Under the pieces are notes generated by a model. It searched no databases. It was not told where the DNA came from and saw only the letters and a list, made by a program, of their open reading frames with translations. From assembly GCA_002269645.1 (NCBI GenBank), contig NIVC01001198.1, forward strand, positions 1 through 49,239: a stretch of DNA of 49,239 nt. The letters run 5' to 3'. Both the position numbers and the translations under genes were made by a program. Every line of letters starts with the position of its first letter. Within the stretch, counting starts at the first letter, position 1. Below, piece after piece: positions 26,013-37,736 of this stretch. The stretch is from Macrostomum lignano. Its lineage: Eukaryota.

Positions 26013-26308
26013 AGTGTGTCTGTAAGATATTTGGTATTAAAAGTTGATGATGGATACTTTTTGTAGACTAATTTTTGTCTGCGCCTAATATTTTCCAGGA
26101 AGTTCAATTTTGATTTCATTAAATTTAAAGACACGCTTTGTTTGCTTAAAAGGAAAGTACAAGTAGTAATTCATTTTTGGCTTTCATTAGTTCGTATTCG
26201 CAATTGCGTACGATTACTATTTGAAAGACAAGTTACTGAGGTCTGTCAGATTAGCTCCTAAAAAGAAAAGTGCCCAATAACACCCAAAAAATTGCTATGA
26301 TAAAAAAG

Positions 26309-26436
26309 GGACGAAGACAACGATCTGAAGTCAAGAATTCGTCAACGACTCACCAGAGAGTCCGATGATTTTCTCGGTCAGACTCTGATCGAAGTTCGCA
26401 CTCTATCGGGCGAGATGGACGTCTGGTACAACCTGG
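26309..26436 (+). CDS. unc-13: unc-13 C2B loop-3 exon, variant A
   Basis: [42 protein letters not shown]; 128 nt; aag|...|gtaggt. Confidence 0.9.
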
Positions 26437-27702
26437 GTAGGTTGGCCACTCCCCTAACCCGATTGTCTCTCCACTAACTCACCCGGTTGCTAATAACTGT
26501 GTTAACTAACTCTACACGTGAGTTAAAACCCAGTTCTCGAAATCTCTTCTCGCTACTGCTAGTCTACCTGCCAAGTCAAACCGAAAAATGTCTGTCTTTA
26601 TGTGTACACTGTAGTTACGTCTTTGCACTTCTCTAATATCGTGTGTCTAATAAGACGGGCAACTTTGACACAGTGTTCGAGTGTTAATTGTCTGACGCAA
26701 GATATTACGTGTGGCCGAAGTGAAGTTCAATGATTTGGGGTTAATGGGGTGGAGGCTAACGGGCCGACCAGAAAATCGATAACGGTACACCATCAAGTTT
26801 ACAATTCGGGGGGTTGGCCCAGTCAAAAGCTACGCTGGTATAAAGTGGATTGGAAAGATCGGGGCTAAGTGGGGTGGGGGGTCAACGCGCCGACCAGAAA
26901 ATCGATAACTTAACACGCCCAGGCTAAATGAACAGCGGCAAAAACTATTGTAGCAAAGCGCGCCTGCCCATCGTGGATAAAAGGTTTGGGGTAAAGGGGT
27001 TTAACGGGACCGACAAAAAATCGATATGACATCCACCCAACTCACACGCCCAGGCTAAAGAATGCAAGTCAACTTGAGAAGACAGTGTCTAGTGTGTGAC
27101 AACACTGTTTGGGGTAGACCGCTGAAGGGTTCTTAATTCCATGCCCCGTCCTATAGTAAGTCCAGAAAAAGACTGAGGCTAGAAAAAGTAAAATAGGAAC
27201 TAATCTCCTTTCGCATCATTCATACCTTTTGAAAAATTAATCAGTTTAAATGCAATTTAAATTCGATGGTAAGAAAACCTTATTTACGGCTATTCTGGCT
27301 TATTCTCAGGACACACGGTACTCCTATGTTGTTTTAGATTTTTGAGGTTGCACCTTGCTTTTCGGGTTTTGCATCTGTAGCTGAAAAAACCGAATCCCGA
27401 AAGGCAAAGGAAATTGAAATGATAAACATATCGAATGATAGACTGCTGTAACCATTTTATTTTTCTAGCAATTTCAGTAGCCAATTTCAGTTGCTAATTT
27501 GTATTCAGTACGTTTTAGAAGAGTTTTTTATCGTGTTTCATACTTCCTGTGATACTCGTACCTATAGCGATAGCGTGGACTTAAAAACAACAATTAAAAA
27601 TATTTCTTTTTGATTCCAAATTAAGCTAGAAAGACTGACAGACCTTTAAAAAGGTAGCTACTCGTAGTCAAATACGCACTCTGTCGCCTATTCAATAATC
27701 AG

Positions 27703-27830
27703 GGATGAGGACAACGACCTGAGGGCTCGAATCCGTTCAAAGTTAACGTCCGAGTCGGACGACTTTCTCGGTCAGACAATGATCGATGTGAGCAAATTGT
27801 CCGGCGAAATGGACGTCTGGTACACTCTCG
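27703..27830 (+). CDS. unc-13: unc-13 C2B loop-3 exon, variant B (mutually exclusive with A)
   Basis: [42 protein letters not shown]; 128 nt; cag|...|gtaggt; same phases as A. Confidence 0.9.
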
Positions 27831-28324
27831 GTAGGTTGCAAGTGGACCCAGCTTGAATCGGCTGTGTTGCTAAGAACCAACTATCGAAGTTTAGGCATTA
27901 TGGTTAGGCAGAAGTTTTAGTTAACAATACAAACTATTAAACACTTTGATGCTTCCTTAAAGCCTATTTACTATATTTGTTCTGTCATTTAATGTTGTAA
28001 ATATTTCTTACATTTTTATACATTGTCAAATATGCATGTAGCTACGCTAGGCAGTTGTTTTGCAACAAGACGACTGGTAAGGATATGAATGACATCTATT
28101 TTATGGAAATTTGTGTCAGGCTAGTATTTTATCTCGAAAAGCCTGAGAAATACATGTACTACATTGGAGACTAATTAGCAAGCGTGATTTTATAAAAACT
28201 TACTTATAACTTTCTACACATCCTGTTACATTATAAATGTTATAAAATATTTTATTGCTTGATACAAAACTTCGGAACTTGCTTAGAATCAGTGCAATAT
28301 TATTTCGTTTTCTACCGGTTTTTT

Positions 28325-29280
28325 TTGTGCAGCAGGATCACGCCAGATTCCAGCAGACCAGGGCGCTTCTTTCGTATTGCTGGGCGCAGCTTCTCCTGCA
28401 GAATCCAGTTGTAGTAGTCCCCATTGACGGTGGTTCCTTGTGGGACTGCCCAGTTCAGCAGGATTCCTTGGGAATCAAAAAACATGACGTGCATGATCTT
28501 TATCGCGCCCTGCTTCCTGATGCCCTTCTGAGGTCTTGGAGAATGTGCTGGAAGCCATTCGGCAGACTGGGCCTTTGTCTCAGGATCCCAGCTGTAAACC
28601 CACGTCTCGTCTCCAGCAACAATTCTTGATAGAAAATCCTCCCCTTCTCGATGGAACCGACGCAGGTGGCTGCTTGAAGCCAGAGTTCGCTGCATCTTTT
28701 GCTCACCTGTCAGCAGGTGTGGCACCCACTTGCAGAACTTTTTCTGTAGGAGAAGACGCTCAGTCAGAATAGTGTGGACGCTTCCTACTGACACACCAAC
28801 GTCTTCTGCCAACTCTTCGCAAGTCCGTCGCCGATCATCATCCAAGAGCTCTTGCACTTTCTTCACAACAGTCTCTTTGGTTGCAGTCATCGGCCTTCCA
28901 GAGCGGCCATTGTCCTCAACGCTCTCTCTTCCCTCAGCGAACAGCCGGTACCATTTTCGAACTGTCTGCTCAGTTGGTGCACAGTTGCCAAGCACTTGCT
29001 GAAGCTCCCTAAACATATCCGGTGGCTTTTTTCCTTGCAGAAACTGAAACTTCATCAAGCTTCGAACGTCATGCTTTGAAAATGATTCAGCCATGGCCAA
29101 GAAATTGAGTGGCAGCTGATAGAAATGTTCGCTGCTCTAACATAGTTGCAAACTGAGACTTAAAACCCTAGGAACGTTTAGGCCATAGACATAACTTGGT
29201 AAAATCGCTAAAATTCAGTTTACAACGCTTTCTAAAAATAAATGCCAAAGGACCGAAAAGAACTTTTTGAATAAACCTCG
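28325..29280 (-). mobile_element. mariner (Tc1/mariner) transposon, 3'-truncated, irritans/Hsmar2-like TIR
   Basis: The ORF at 28312-29100 has HTH regions, WVPHLL and IVAGDETWV, and ends at ILLH just before the second catalytic Asp. The 5' TIR reads TA|CGAGGTTTATTCAAAAAGTT on the minus strand at 29282-29261. No second TIR was seen. Confidence 0.92.
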
Positions 29281-29503
29281 TAGTATTTTTCCCAATTGTA
29301 AAGTTGCTAAACTTGGGAATCAAACTCCGATCAAACGCATTACAACTGATGTTCGGACATGCCCCGTATTACCTGTGCATTTTGAAACGTAATTAAGCCT
29401 CTAGAAAATCTGAAAAACTTCTCTTTGCTCCCAATGGTCCATACCTGTACAGAAAACAGTTGCGTTTTATTTTTTGCAATACGCTCGTAACTATTCACTT
29501 CAG

Positions 29504-29619
29504 AGAAGCGAACGGACAAGTCGCTGGTGTCGGGCGCTGTGCGATTGCACATCAGCGTGGAAATCAAAGGCGAAGAGAAGGTCGCGCCGTATCATGTGCA
29601 GTACACCTGCTTGCATGAG
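29504..29619 (+). CDS. unc-13: unc-13 end of C2B exon
   Basis: [39 protein letters not shown], conserved in Munc13. Confidence 0.97.
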
Positions 29620-30025
29620 GTGAGGCTCGATATTTGCATATTTTACTCGTTCAAACAATTTCTTTTCACTCGTTTAAAAATGGATTAAAAGTTAAAATGA
29701 TACCATTAGCTAAGGGAGATCGACAAACTGAGTTCTTCAAATTTGTCTGGTATATTTTCTCAAAACGGATTGCCAGATAAATATCTCTCCCTATCGTCTC
29801 AAGAACAATTTAAGAACGTTCTTAAGTCGTTATTTTATTGCCTGTTGAAATAAGATCTCTTAAAAGTCCATTTCGTGATATGCAAAGTAAATGCCTGTTG
29901 CTAGATATGTCTAGCTCGTATTTATATTTAATTAAAATATAGATGTCTTAAAACCTTAAAACAAGAGTCTCCAGGCATGACACTACACACTACGAGCGTA
30001 CACTATTCACGAACCAAACTTACAG

Positions 30026-30207
30026 AACTTATTCCACTACATGTGCGAGACATCGAAACAGGATGGTAAACAGGAAGTCCGACTGCCCAGACAAGCCATC
30101 GGACGAGGCGAGAATGCGTGGAAAATCTACTTCGAAGCTGAGATGCAAGAAATCGTGGACGAGTTTGCGATTCGATACGGCATTGAGAGCATCTATAGAG
30201 CGATGAC
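30026..30207 (+). CDS. unc-13: unc-13 C2B-MUN linker exon
   Basis: NLFHY...AWKIYF...[21 protein letters not shown]; cag|...|gtgagt. Confidence 0.96.
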
Positions 30208-31794
30208 GTGAGTGAAAAATGCTCATTTGTTTATTTAATCGCAGTGATTTGCTAATTAAGTTGGTTGAATACACTGTCTGACCGTGATGCTCTACATGTA
30301 TGCTTTGTTAAAATGCTTCGTACAATTATTTCCCTGTTTTGCGAAGCTATTTCATCTTGTCTAAACTTTCGATAGTACGTTTGGTAGCCACGCCATTTGA
30401 CTGTTGACCACTTGAATGCCACCGATCAAGTACATCTATCTACCTTGCCTTCTTACTTGCACGCCAGATTTCCCGTGTACATGACATGTTGGGCTTGTAA
30501 GGGTGCATCTTAAAACGAATTTAGGCAGTGATCCTTTGGTGAAAAAAATTTCTTCCAATATCTTAGAAACAAAAGTGCATCGTTTTCAGGAGAAGCAATC
30601 AATTTAATAAGCTAAGGAAGTTCACAATCGTTATACGAAAAATATGCAAGATTGACATTGAGTACTACAGTGTAATCTGGATGTTCCTGCCCTCTCGTTA
30701 ATTCCTCTCTCCCTCTTTCTTATCCTTATCCTGCATGAGTTCTGAGAACACTTGCTGTGTATATGAATGCTTTGTATTCTGTACAAATATTTCTATCCGC
30801 TGCCACTTTCATTCTGGGCGATGCGTCTATTGATCGATCCGTTATTATAAGACAGAATCCAGGGAGAGGGAGGAGGAGAGAGAGAAGGGGGAGCCAAGGC
30901 GCGGAAAGAATTTCCTGGTCAAATTTCTCCTCTGCTCAACCGCGCCCATAACAGTTCCTGTTCTCTCCTGACCGCTACAGCATCCCCTTTTTTCTGTTCA
31001 TTCTTTCTCCTCTCACCGCGCTTCTCCCTCTGTGATGCCCCGCAAGCAGCTGCAGCCTCGTTTTATCATTTATTCTTGGCCTATCGTCAGGCCTCTCAGA
31101 AATCTCTTGCACTCTGTCTCTCTCCCCATCGGAGCCACTTCAGTACCTCTTCTATAGCCGATCCATTGGTTGATTCGGGTTTCGCACTAGAAATGCAATA
31201 CTGCAGAAAAAACCGAATGTCAAACACATTCAACGTGTTTTACGTTCAGTTCAATTCATCTATACTGAACCCACTGCCAGGCGCTAGACAAAGGCTGCAG
31301 AGAAATCGTTAACAAAGATGACGATTCTGTGTAGTTTTTGCAACCCAATTATCTTGTATGCATTGAACTTCAATCGGGTTGGAGTAAAATTTTCAGTAGA
31401 ACTACTAGCAATCTAGTGCCCCTTTTGGGGCGGCCAATGATCAAGGGACGAAAATTATTTACGTGAATCCTTTTAAGAGACAAAGACAAATTTTCTTAAA
31501 AGCATTCATTCTTCAGTTTCGTAAATCACATTGTTCGAGAAAATTTATCAGGGACAAAGATTTTGGAGAGCTAACAAAAAATGAAATACACTGGTGGACA
31601 TTGAAGAGATCCACTACTACTGTTCAGTAGTGTATTATTGCACACTATTATTCCTTCGATATAGTGCGCAATTAAATAATATCGTTACCCGCTCGGGATG
31701 CAAGTTGCGTAACTTGCAGTTGCGATCGGAGAGAAAAAGAGGATACTTTTCAAAGTCCAGCGTTTATTTTTAAATAAGCTACATGTAGCTTCTG

Positions 31795-32170
31795 ACTACT
31801 CAGCTTTGACATCTCAGCAATTCCCCCCGTAAGCCTTGACATCTCAGCAATTCCCCCTGTAATGACTCGGGAGTCAGTATTGATTTTGCAGTGCGAAAAC
31901 GCTTGGCCCTCCAAGAAGGGTGAGAGTGCCTATATATATTTGGGCCCTCAGGCCTCAGCCAATCATGTGTGGCAACGTTGGGATAAAAGGCATAAAAGAG
32001 GAGAGGTAAGCCGTGCAGAGTACAGTAAAAGAGTACAGTGAGTGAGCACTCCGCACTGCTAGGCACCCCGTTTAACAACAACAATTGAGTGCAGGGCTGC
32101 GGCATGACACCCCATAAGCTGTGACTTCTCAGCAATTCTCCCGTAAGCCTTGACATCTCAGCAACTCCCC
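31795..32170. repeat. 30-bp tandem repeat TGACATCTCAGCAATTCCCCCCGTAAGCCT, split by a solo LTR
   Basis: About 2 units on each side of the insertion. Confidence 0.8.
31858..32109. mobile_element. putative solo LTR (252 bp)
   Basis: TGTAAT...ATGACA termini, CCCC target-site duplication (31854-57 and 32110-13), internal TATATATA; it interrupts a tandem repeat. Confidence 0.7.
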
Positions 32171-33024
32171 CCGTAATACTCAATGTCAGCAATACTAAAT
32201 GTGTTATGTGTAACGGTGGCGTCACTGGAGCAAATAGCGCATGCTGATGTACACTCAGCAACATGTTAAAGTTTCCACCCCAAGATCTGTTGGTCAACAA
32301 GTAGCAGCTTTAATTCAACTTAGCCATAAAAGCTCATTCACACTGCCCATCTGACTGATGAGCAAGCAAATCACACGACCAATGCACAAAGAAATCAAAT
32401 TTGATGTTAAGTTGTGTGATCACACAAAAAGGGCCTTATATGATAGTGGTGTGAACGAGCATAAACTTTCTAGTCTCTCCTCACCAGCCTAAGCTAGGTC
32501 TTGTTACGCAAAGTTCATCACCCGCAGTCGAGACGAAAACCGCGCGCGTGTAGTGTGAATTGCGTCAACTTGGAGCTGAAATCTGAGAACAGTTGACCAC
32601 TGGTTTCGGGGTGGTCACAAACTTTAATATGTTGCCGGGTGTACATTCAATGTACGCTGCCGTCTAACTATTTCTACCCCCAGTTTTGTGTACCCTCTCT
32701 CCCAGCCTCAGCGCGGGCTCTAATTGGCTAAAGGTTGATTTATATTCGCTGACCAACAAGAGTCAGCCAATTGTTTGGCAGTCCAATTTGTTTACGAAAA
32801 ATGACCAATCTGAGCCTCACCGTGCCAGTCTGTCTTGGCGAGCGTAGGAGACTGTCTGCCTGCGAGCTGCAACATGCACAGCAGCAGCAGCAGCAGCAGT
32901 TGCAGATTAATCCAGTTGAACCTAGACGGCGCAGCATAGCTGTGCCTAGCGTCGCATCTTCCGAGACCGAATCACCGTCGCATTCAACCTCGTCCCCGTT
33001 GCCGTTCAACTCTCCATCTTTCAG

Positions 33025-33334
33025 GCATTTCTCCTGTCTGACAACAAAATCGTTGTGCACCGGCGTGCCAGCCGTGATGTCCAATCTGCTTGCTAACATC
33101 AACGCATTCTATGCGCACAGCGCCACCGGGAATTCCGTCAGCGCTAACGACCGTTTCGCGGCGTCCAACTTTGGCAAAGAGAAGTTTGTGAAACTATTGG
33201 ATCAGCTGCACAACTCGCTACGAATCAGTTTATCAGTGTACCGAAACTCTTTCCCCGCCTCTCAACCTGAGAAACTGTTGGATCTGAAATCAACAGTGGA
33301 TCTGCTCACCAGTATTACTTTCTTCCGGCTCAAG
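33025..33334 (+). CDS. unc-13: unc-13 MUN-region exon
   Basis: HFSCL...[19 protein letters not shown]...[26 protein letters not shown]...[18 protein letters not shown]. Confidence 0.97.
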
Positions 33335-33737
33335 GTGAGATGCGTTTTGATTTGATTTGATTTTTGATTTTTGTTTTATTTTCAAGTATTATCAAGGTTT
33401 TTAGCTATAGGGCCTCAAAGACGGGGAAACGTCCTTAAGTTTCTGATTTGACTTGTAATCAATGTATACATACTCGTAGAATTCAGATTGAGGTGTCTAG
33501 CGGCCACAAATGCAAAAAAATCGAAGTGTCCGTTAGGAAAAATAGAATTGCCTCAATTTTAGGCGTAAACAAGTTGATGTGAATTTCGAAACAGATCTTT
33601 TTGTAGTCATACTCGTATATAAAATAAGTCTCGACAGACTTTTGTTCTTCTCCGGTCACTACGATTAAATTGAAGGGGTCTTTTAATTAATTAACTAGAA
33701 ACGAGAAAATAGCAATTCACTTTCTCCCAATTCGCAG

Positions 33738-34157
33738 GTTCAAGACGTAGGCAGCGTGCCTCGAGCGGGCAGCGTACTGAAGGAGTGCGCACTCAACTGC
33801 TTGAAAACCACGTATCAGTTTCTGTTTGAAAACTGCAACGAATTGCACCAGCGGGAGTTCCCAGCAGCAGCTGCGGCCGCAGCAACAGAGGGGGCGTCGG
33901 AGTCGGCTAAGTCGGGCCCTTCGCCGGACTCTCTGGACTTTTGGCACCGACTGATCGAGCTGGTGGTGTCGGTGATCGAGGAGGATCGAAACAGCTACGC
34001 CCCGGTGCTAAACCAGTTCCCTCAGGAGGTCCACATTGGCCAGCTGAGCGCCTCCGCAATGTGGGATCACTTTAGTCAGGATTTGATGTACGCTCTGCAG
34101 GAACACGAAGAGAAGAGGCCGTGCAAAACGTCCGAGTACATGAACCTGCTGTTTAAG
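33738..34157 (+). CDS. unc-13: unc-13 MUN (MHD1) exon
   Basis: LDFWHRLIELVVSVIEEDRNSY...QFPQE...YMNLLFK. Confidence 0.96.
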
Positions 34158-34483
34158 GTGGGCTTCTGTGGATTTAGATTTTTCCTTAATGATTTCTGCG
34201 CACTGTAAGTGTGACCTTTGAGCACAGAACTAGATTTGTTACTATCCTATTTTCAATTTGGCGTCTGTTTTGGGTTCGCATAAATTTTTCATTGGTTCGG
34301 AGCTTCTGTCTATGGCCAAATATGACAGATCGGTGGTCTCGTCTCGAAACTGGACCATCTTTGATCCATAGTGAATCAAGCCGTTTTGTTGTGCCAGCCT
34401 GAGTTACGTATTTATTATTTTTATGAAATCTCGTTATGCTTTGTCATAAGGCCTTAAATGATAATGTAAAAATTTCACTACAG

Positions 34484-34635
34484 GTGAAGTGGCTCTACAA
34501 CAAATACGTGGCAGACGCTCCGCCGCACAAAGGCTCCGTACCTGGCTATCCACTCTGGTTCCAGCCGTTCGTACTGCAGTGGCTAAGCGAGAATGATGAA
34601 GTCTCCATGGAGTATCTGCACAGCGCCTATGCTAG
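34484..34635 (+). CDS. unc-13: unc-13 MUN exon
   Basis: VKWLYNKYV...WFQPFVLQWLSENDEVS. Confidence 0.96.
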
Positions 34636-35207
34636 GTAAGGTTTTGAACTATATAGTTTGCAAGTCAGTTTCAGTTATTTCAACTTCTCACTAGATCATT
34701 TGAGAGGTTGCAGCGCACAGAATGAACAGCAGCGGTATTACTCGTAGATAACCCACCAAGACGAATGTCGACCCTCGGCTCACAAGGTGCCAGTCACGCC
34801 GATTCTTGAGCTCGCCCACGCTGATATGCGTAGACAGGCCCTGACTTTCTCGTCGTCTCGCATGTACACTCTCCGAGCCTTGGGGTAGTCCTCAATCGCA
34901 CCAGCCCTGGTCAATATTCGTTGCACCTCCCCAAATCTATTTACGAGCTATGTACTTGCATGCAATCGAATCTGGGTACTACGAGTATATAGCTGTGCCA
35001 CTCTCCCCCCCCCTCCCCGATTATAGACTTATCTTTGATTTTACTATTGAAGCCTCAATTTGCACAAGTGTATCATTCAAAATGAACATTTGAAATAACG
35101 AAACTCATTGTTTGTAGCGACTCACTTCTAATAAGACCCAAAATGACAACTTTTAAGTAAAAGTCGCGAATTTGTTTATGTAATATTGTTTTTTTCGCAA
35201 TCAACAG

Positions 35208-35553
35208 AGACCGGAAAGACAGCTTTCAAAAGAGCTCAGACCACGCACTGTTCAGCACGTCTGTTGTTGACGTATTTACTCAGCTCAACCAGTGCCTAGA
35301 TGTAGTGAAGAAGCTGGAATGTCCAGATCCAGCAGTTGAAGCCGCTTTCATGAGTCGATTCAGCGGCACAGTTGTCAAAGTTCTATTCGCGTACGCCAAC
35401 ATCATCGCTAAAGACTATGGCAACTTTACTAGCCAGTCTGGCAAAGCCTGCGTGCTTATGAACAATGTGCAGCAGGTTCGAGTGCAACTGGAGAAACTCT
35501 ACGAAGCCATGGGCGGCCAGGCCATGGAAGCTGAGACCAAGGACAAGCTACAG
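35208..35553 (+). CDS. unc-13: unc-13 MUN exon
   Basis: HALFSTSVVDVFTQLNQ...KKLECPDP...LMNNVQQVRVQLEKLYEAMGG. Confidence 0.96.
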
Positions 35554-35916
35554 GTAATAAATTTTTCAATTGCAAATTTTGTGTTTGCTTAATTGTAGCT
35601 TCTTTCGTGATTACGTGATAATTAGGACATTTCAAATAATAAAAAGCTTTAATGCTAAAAGAAAAAAATGACTACAAGTACAACATACAACAAGAACTAG
35701 TAGATATCGGCACCAAAAATGGAGACCGGACGGGAGTAATACTTCAGATCAAACCGTCCATTTCTTAGTCAACTGGTCCGACAAGTTATCGATCGCAGTG
35801 GGTTTAACTCGAAGCTTTACTTCTCGGCTCCACTCCGGCGCTTAAGCCCTTTTTCATTAGAAGACAAAAAGCAAAGTCTTTAGTGAAAACCCTCGAGACC
35901 CCTACAACCTCTGCAG

Positions 35917-36264
35917 GAGCTGCAAGATCGACTGAATACCGTACTGGACGATCTGGCGGCGAGATTCGTTGCTACAAAATCTAGCGAAATTGTCGCTGCA
36001 GTCCGTGAGGTCGGCTGCCTGCTGCACAAACACGTGCGCGGTGGAGCCGGCAGCAGTGGCGGTGGGTCAGGAAGCACAGATCCGCAGGCGGAGGCTGATA
36101 TGATACTGCGGCCACTGATGGAGCTTTTGGACTCGTCTCTGGGCATGCTGGCTGTCGAATGCGAGAAGGCAATTCTCAGGCGACTCTTGAAGGAGATGTG
36201 GCGTGTCACCGTGGCGGCTCTGGAGAAGGAAGTTGTGCTGCCACCAATCAGCGATCCTAGACAG
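35917..36264 (+). CDS. unc-13: unc-13 MUN (MHD2) exon
   Basis: LRPLMELLDSSL...CEKAILRRLLKEMW...VVLPP. Confidence 0.95.
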
Positions 36265-36490
36265 GTGAGCAGTTTTTAGAAGCGCTTAGTTACCGAGCAA
36301 ACTTTATATAAACAAAGAGGCAATGTCCCCTTTTTTAATTTAAAGTTTTACACCAAGTTTACAGAGCAAACTAATTTTACTTGAGCAGCATAACGTTTGC
36401 CACTTGATTGAGTTTTCAGCCAATCATGATTTTATGTTTAGGACGCAGCCTCAGAGCCACGGCTACTAGTCTTCCATAATCAAATTTCAG

Positions 36491-36634
36491 CTATTCCTCA
36501 ATCTGAGCATCCCAGCTAAGGCCAAAGTGGCCGGCGTTAGCCAAGGCCTGCTAAGCAACATCTCCAGCATATCAACCCAGGTGTCCAATGTAACATCCGT
36601 GCCAAATATTAGCAACGTGTCTAACCTGTTGCAG
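36491..36634 (+). CDS. unc-13: unc-13 MUN variable-loop exon
   Basis: tttcag|LFLNLSIPAKAKVAGVSQGLLSNISS...NLLQ|gtaaag; phase 0/0; lies at the position of the variable loop after VLPP. Confidence 0.7.
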
Positions 36635-37200
36635 GTAAAGCTAAGAGGCGCGGGATTACAGAAAATAGCGTTGCCGAACGTCGCACCTAGTCTTGCTCAC
36701 TTGATCCATGTTGTTTTGCACTTATGGAGATCGCAAATTTCCATAGATCTCTGGCTATTTATTTACTAACAGTAGCATCGAGAGATATACACAAATCTTT
36801 GCCAATCGGCGATCTTATCTACATGAATGTTGTGTCTTTAGTCATTTGATTTGTCTGTCGCCTTTAATCTCCTATTGCTTTCAGTTAAACTTTCGTCCAG
36901 CAGCTTGTATTTCAAGCAAATCCCTTTGCTTGCTTATGCTGTCTAGCATCCAACCCAGACCCTTAATATGAGTATAGTGCCATTTCTATTTTTTCGTTGC
37001 CGCAAATGCGCAAAATGTGCCGTTATTTTTCTATTTACGGTGTCTTTCTCATGAGTTAATCTTTATTATTGCACTATATTTCACCGTTTGTAGGAGTTTC
37101 GTTTGACACTACAATATTCATCCATTCTTGCATTCCAGCTACATGTCAGCGACAATAGCTTGCACTTTTAACCTTTTTAAATATCCTCTCCAATCAACAG

Positions 37201-37685
37201 GACACTCTATCAAAGGATCTAGAGAAGACTATGTCTCCCAGGCAGTGCGCAGCGATCCAGGTAGCCCTAGAAACTGTCCGGCAATATTTCCACGCTGGCG
37301 GCAACGGTCTAAAGCTGGCTTACCTGGAGAAGAGCGCCGAGTTGCAGTCGTTGCGCTACGCCTTGTCGCTTTACTCTCAGACGACCGATTCGCTTGTGAA
37401 AACGTTTGTAGCAACACAGGCTGGCCAGGACCGGCCGGCGGTAGACGAACCTGTCGGCGAGGTGTCAATCCAGGCGGATCTTTTCAGGCATCCTGGCTCG
37501 GGCGAGGTCAAGGTCACTGTTAAAGTCGTTGCAGCTAATAAGCTTCAATGGGACACCAGCTCAATGTTTCGACCGTTTGTTGAGGTTAACTTGATTGGGC
37601 CGCATCTGAGCAATAAGAAGCGCAAGTTTACCACGAAGTCCAAGAATAATTCGACATCGCCAAAGTACAACGAATCGTTCAGTTT
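37201..37685 (+). CDS. unc-13: unc-13 MUN end and first part of C2C
   Basis: SPRQC...[11 protein letters not shown]...[11 protein letters not shown]...[26 protein letters not shown]. Confidence 0.97.
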
Positions 37686-37736
37686 GTAAGAAAAGTTTTT
37701 TCTGTGCAAATTTTTCTGTTTTGATAGTTTATAAAC

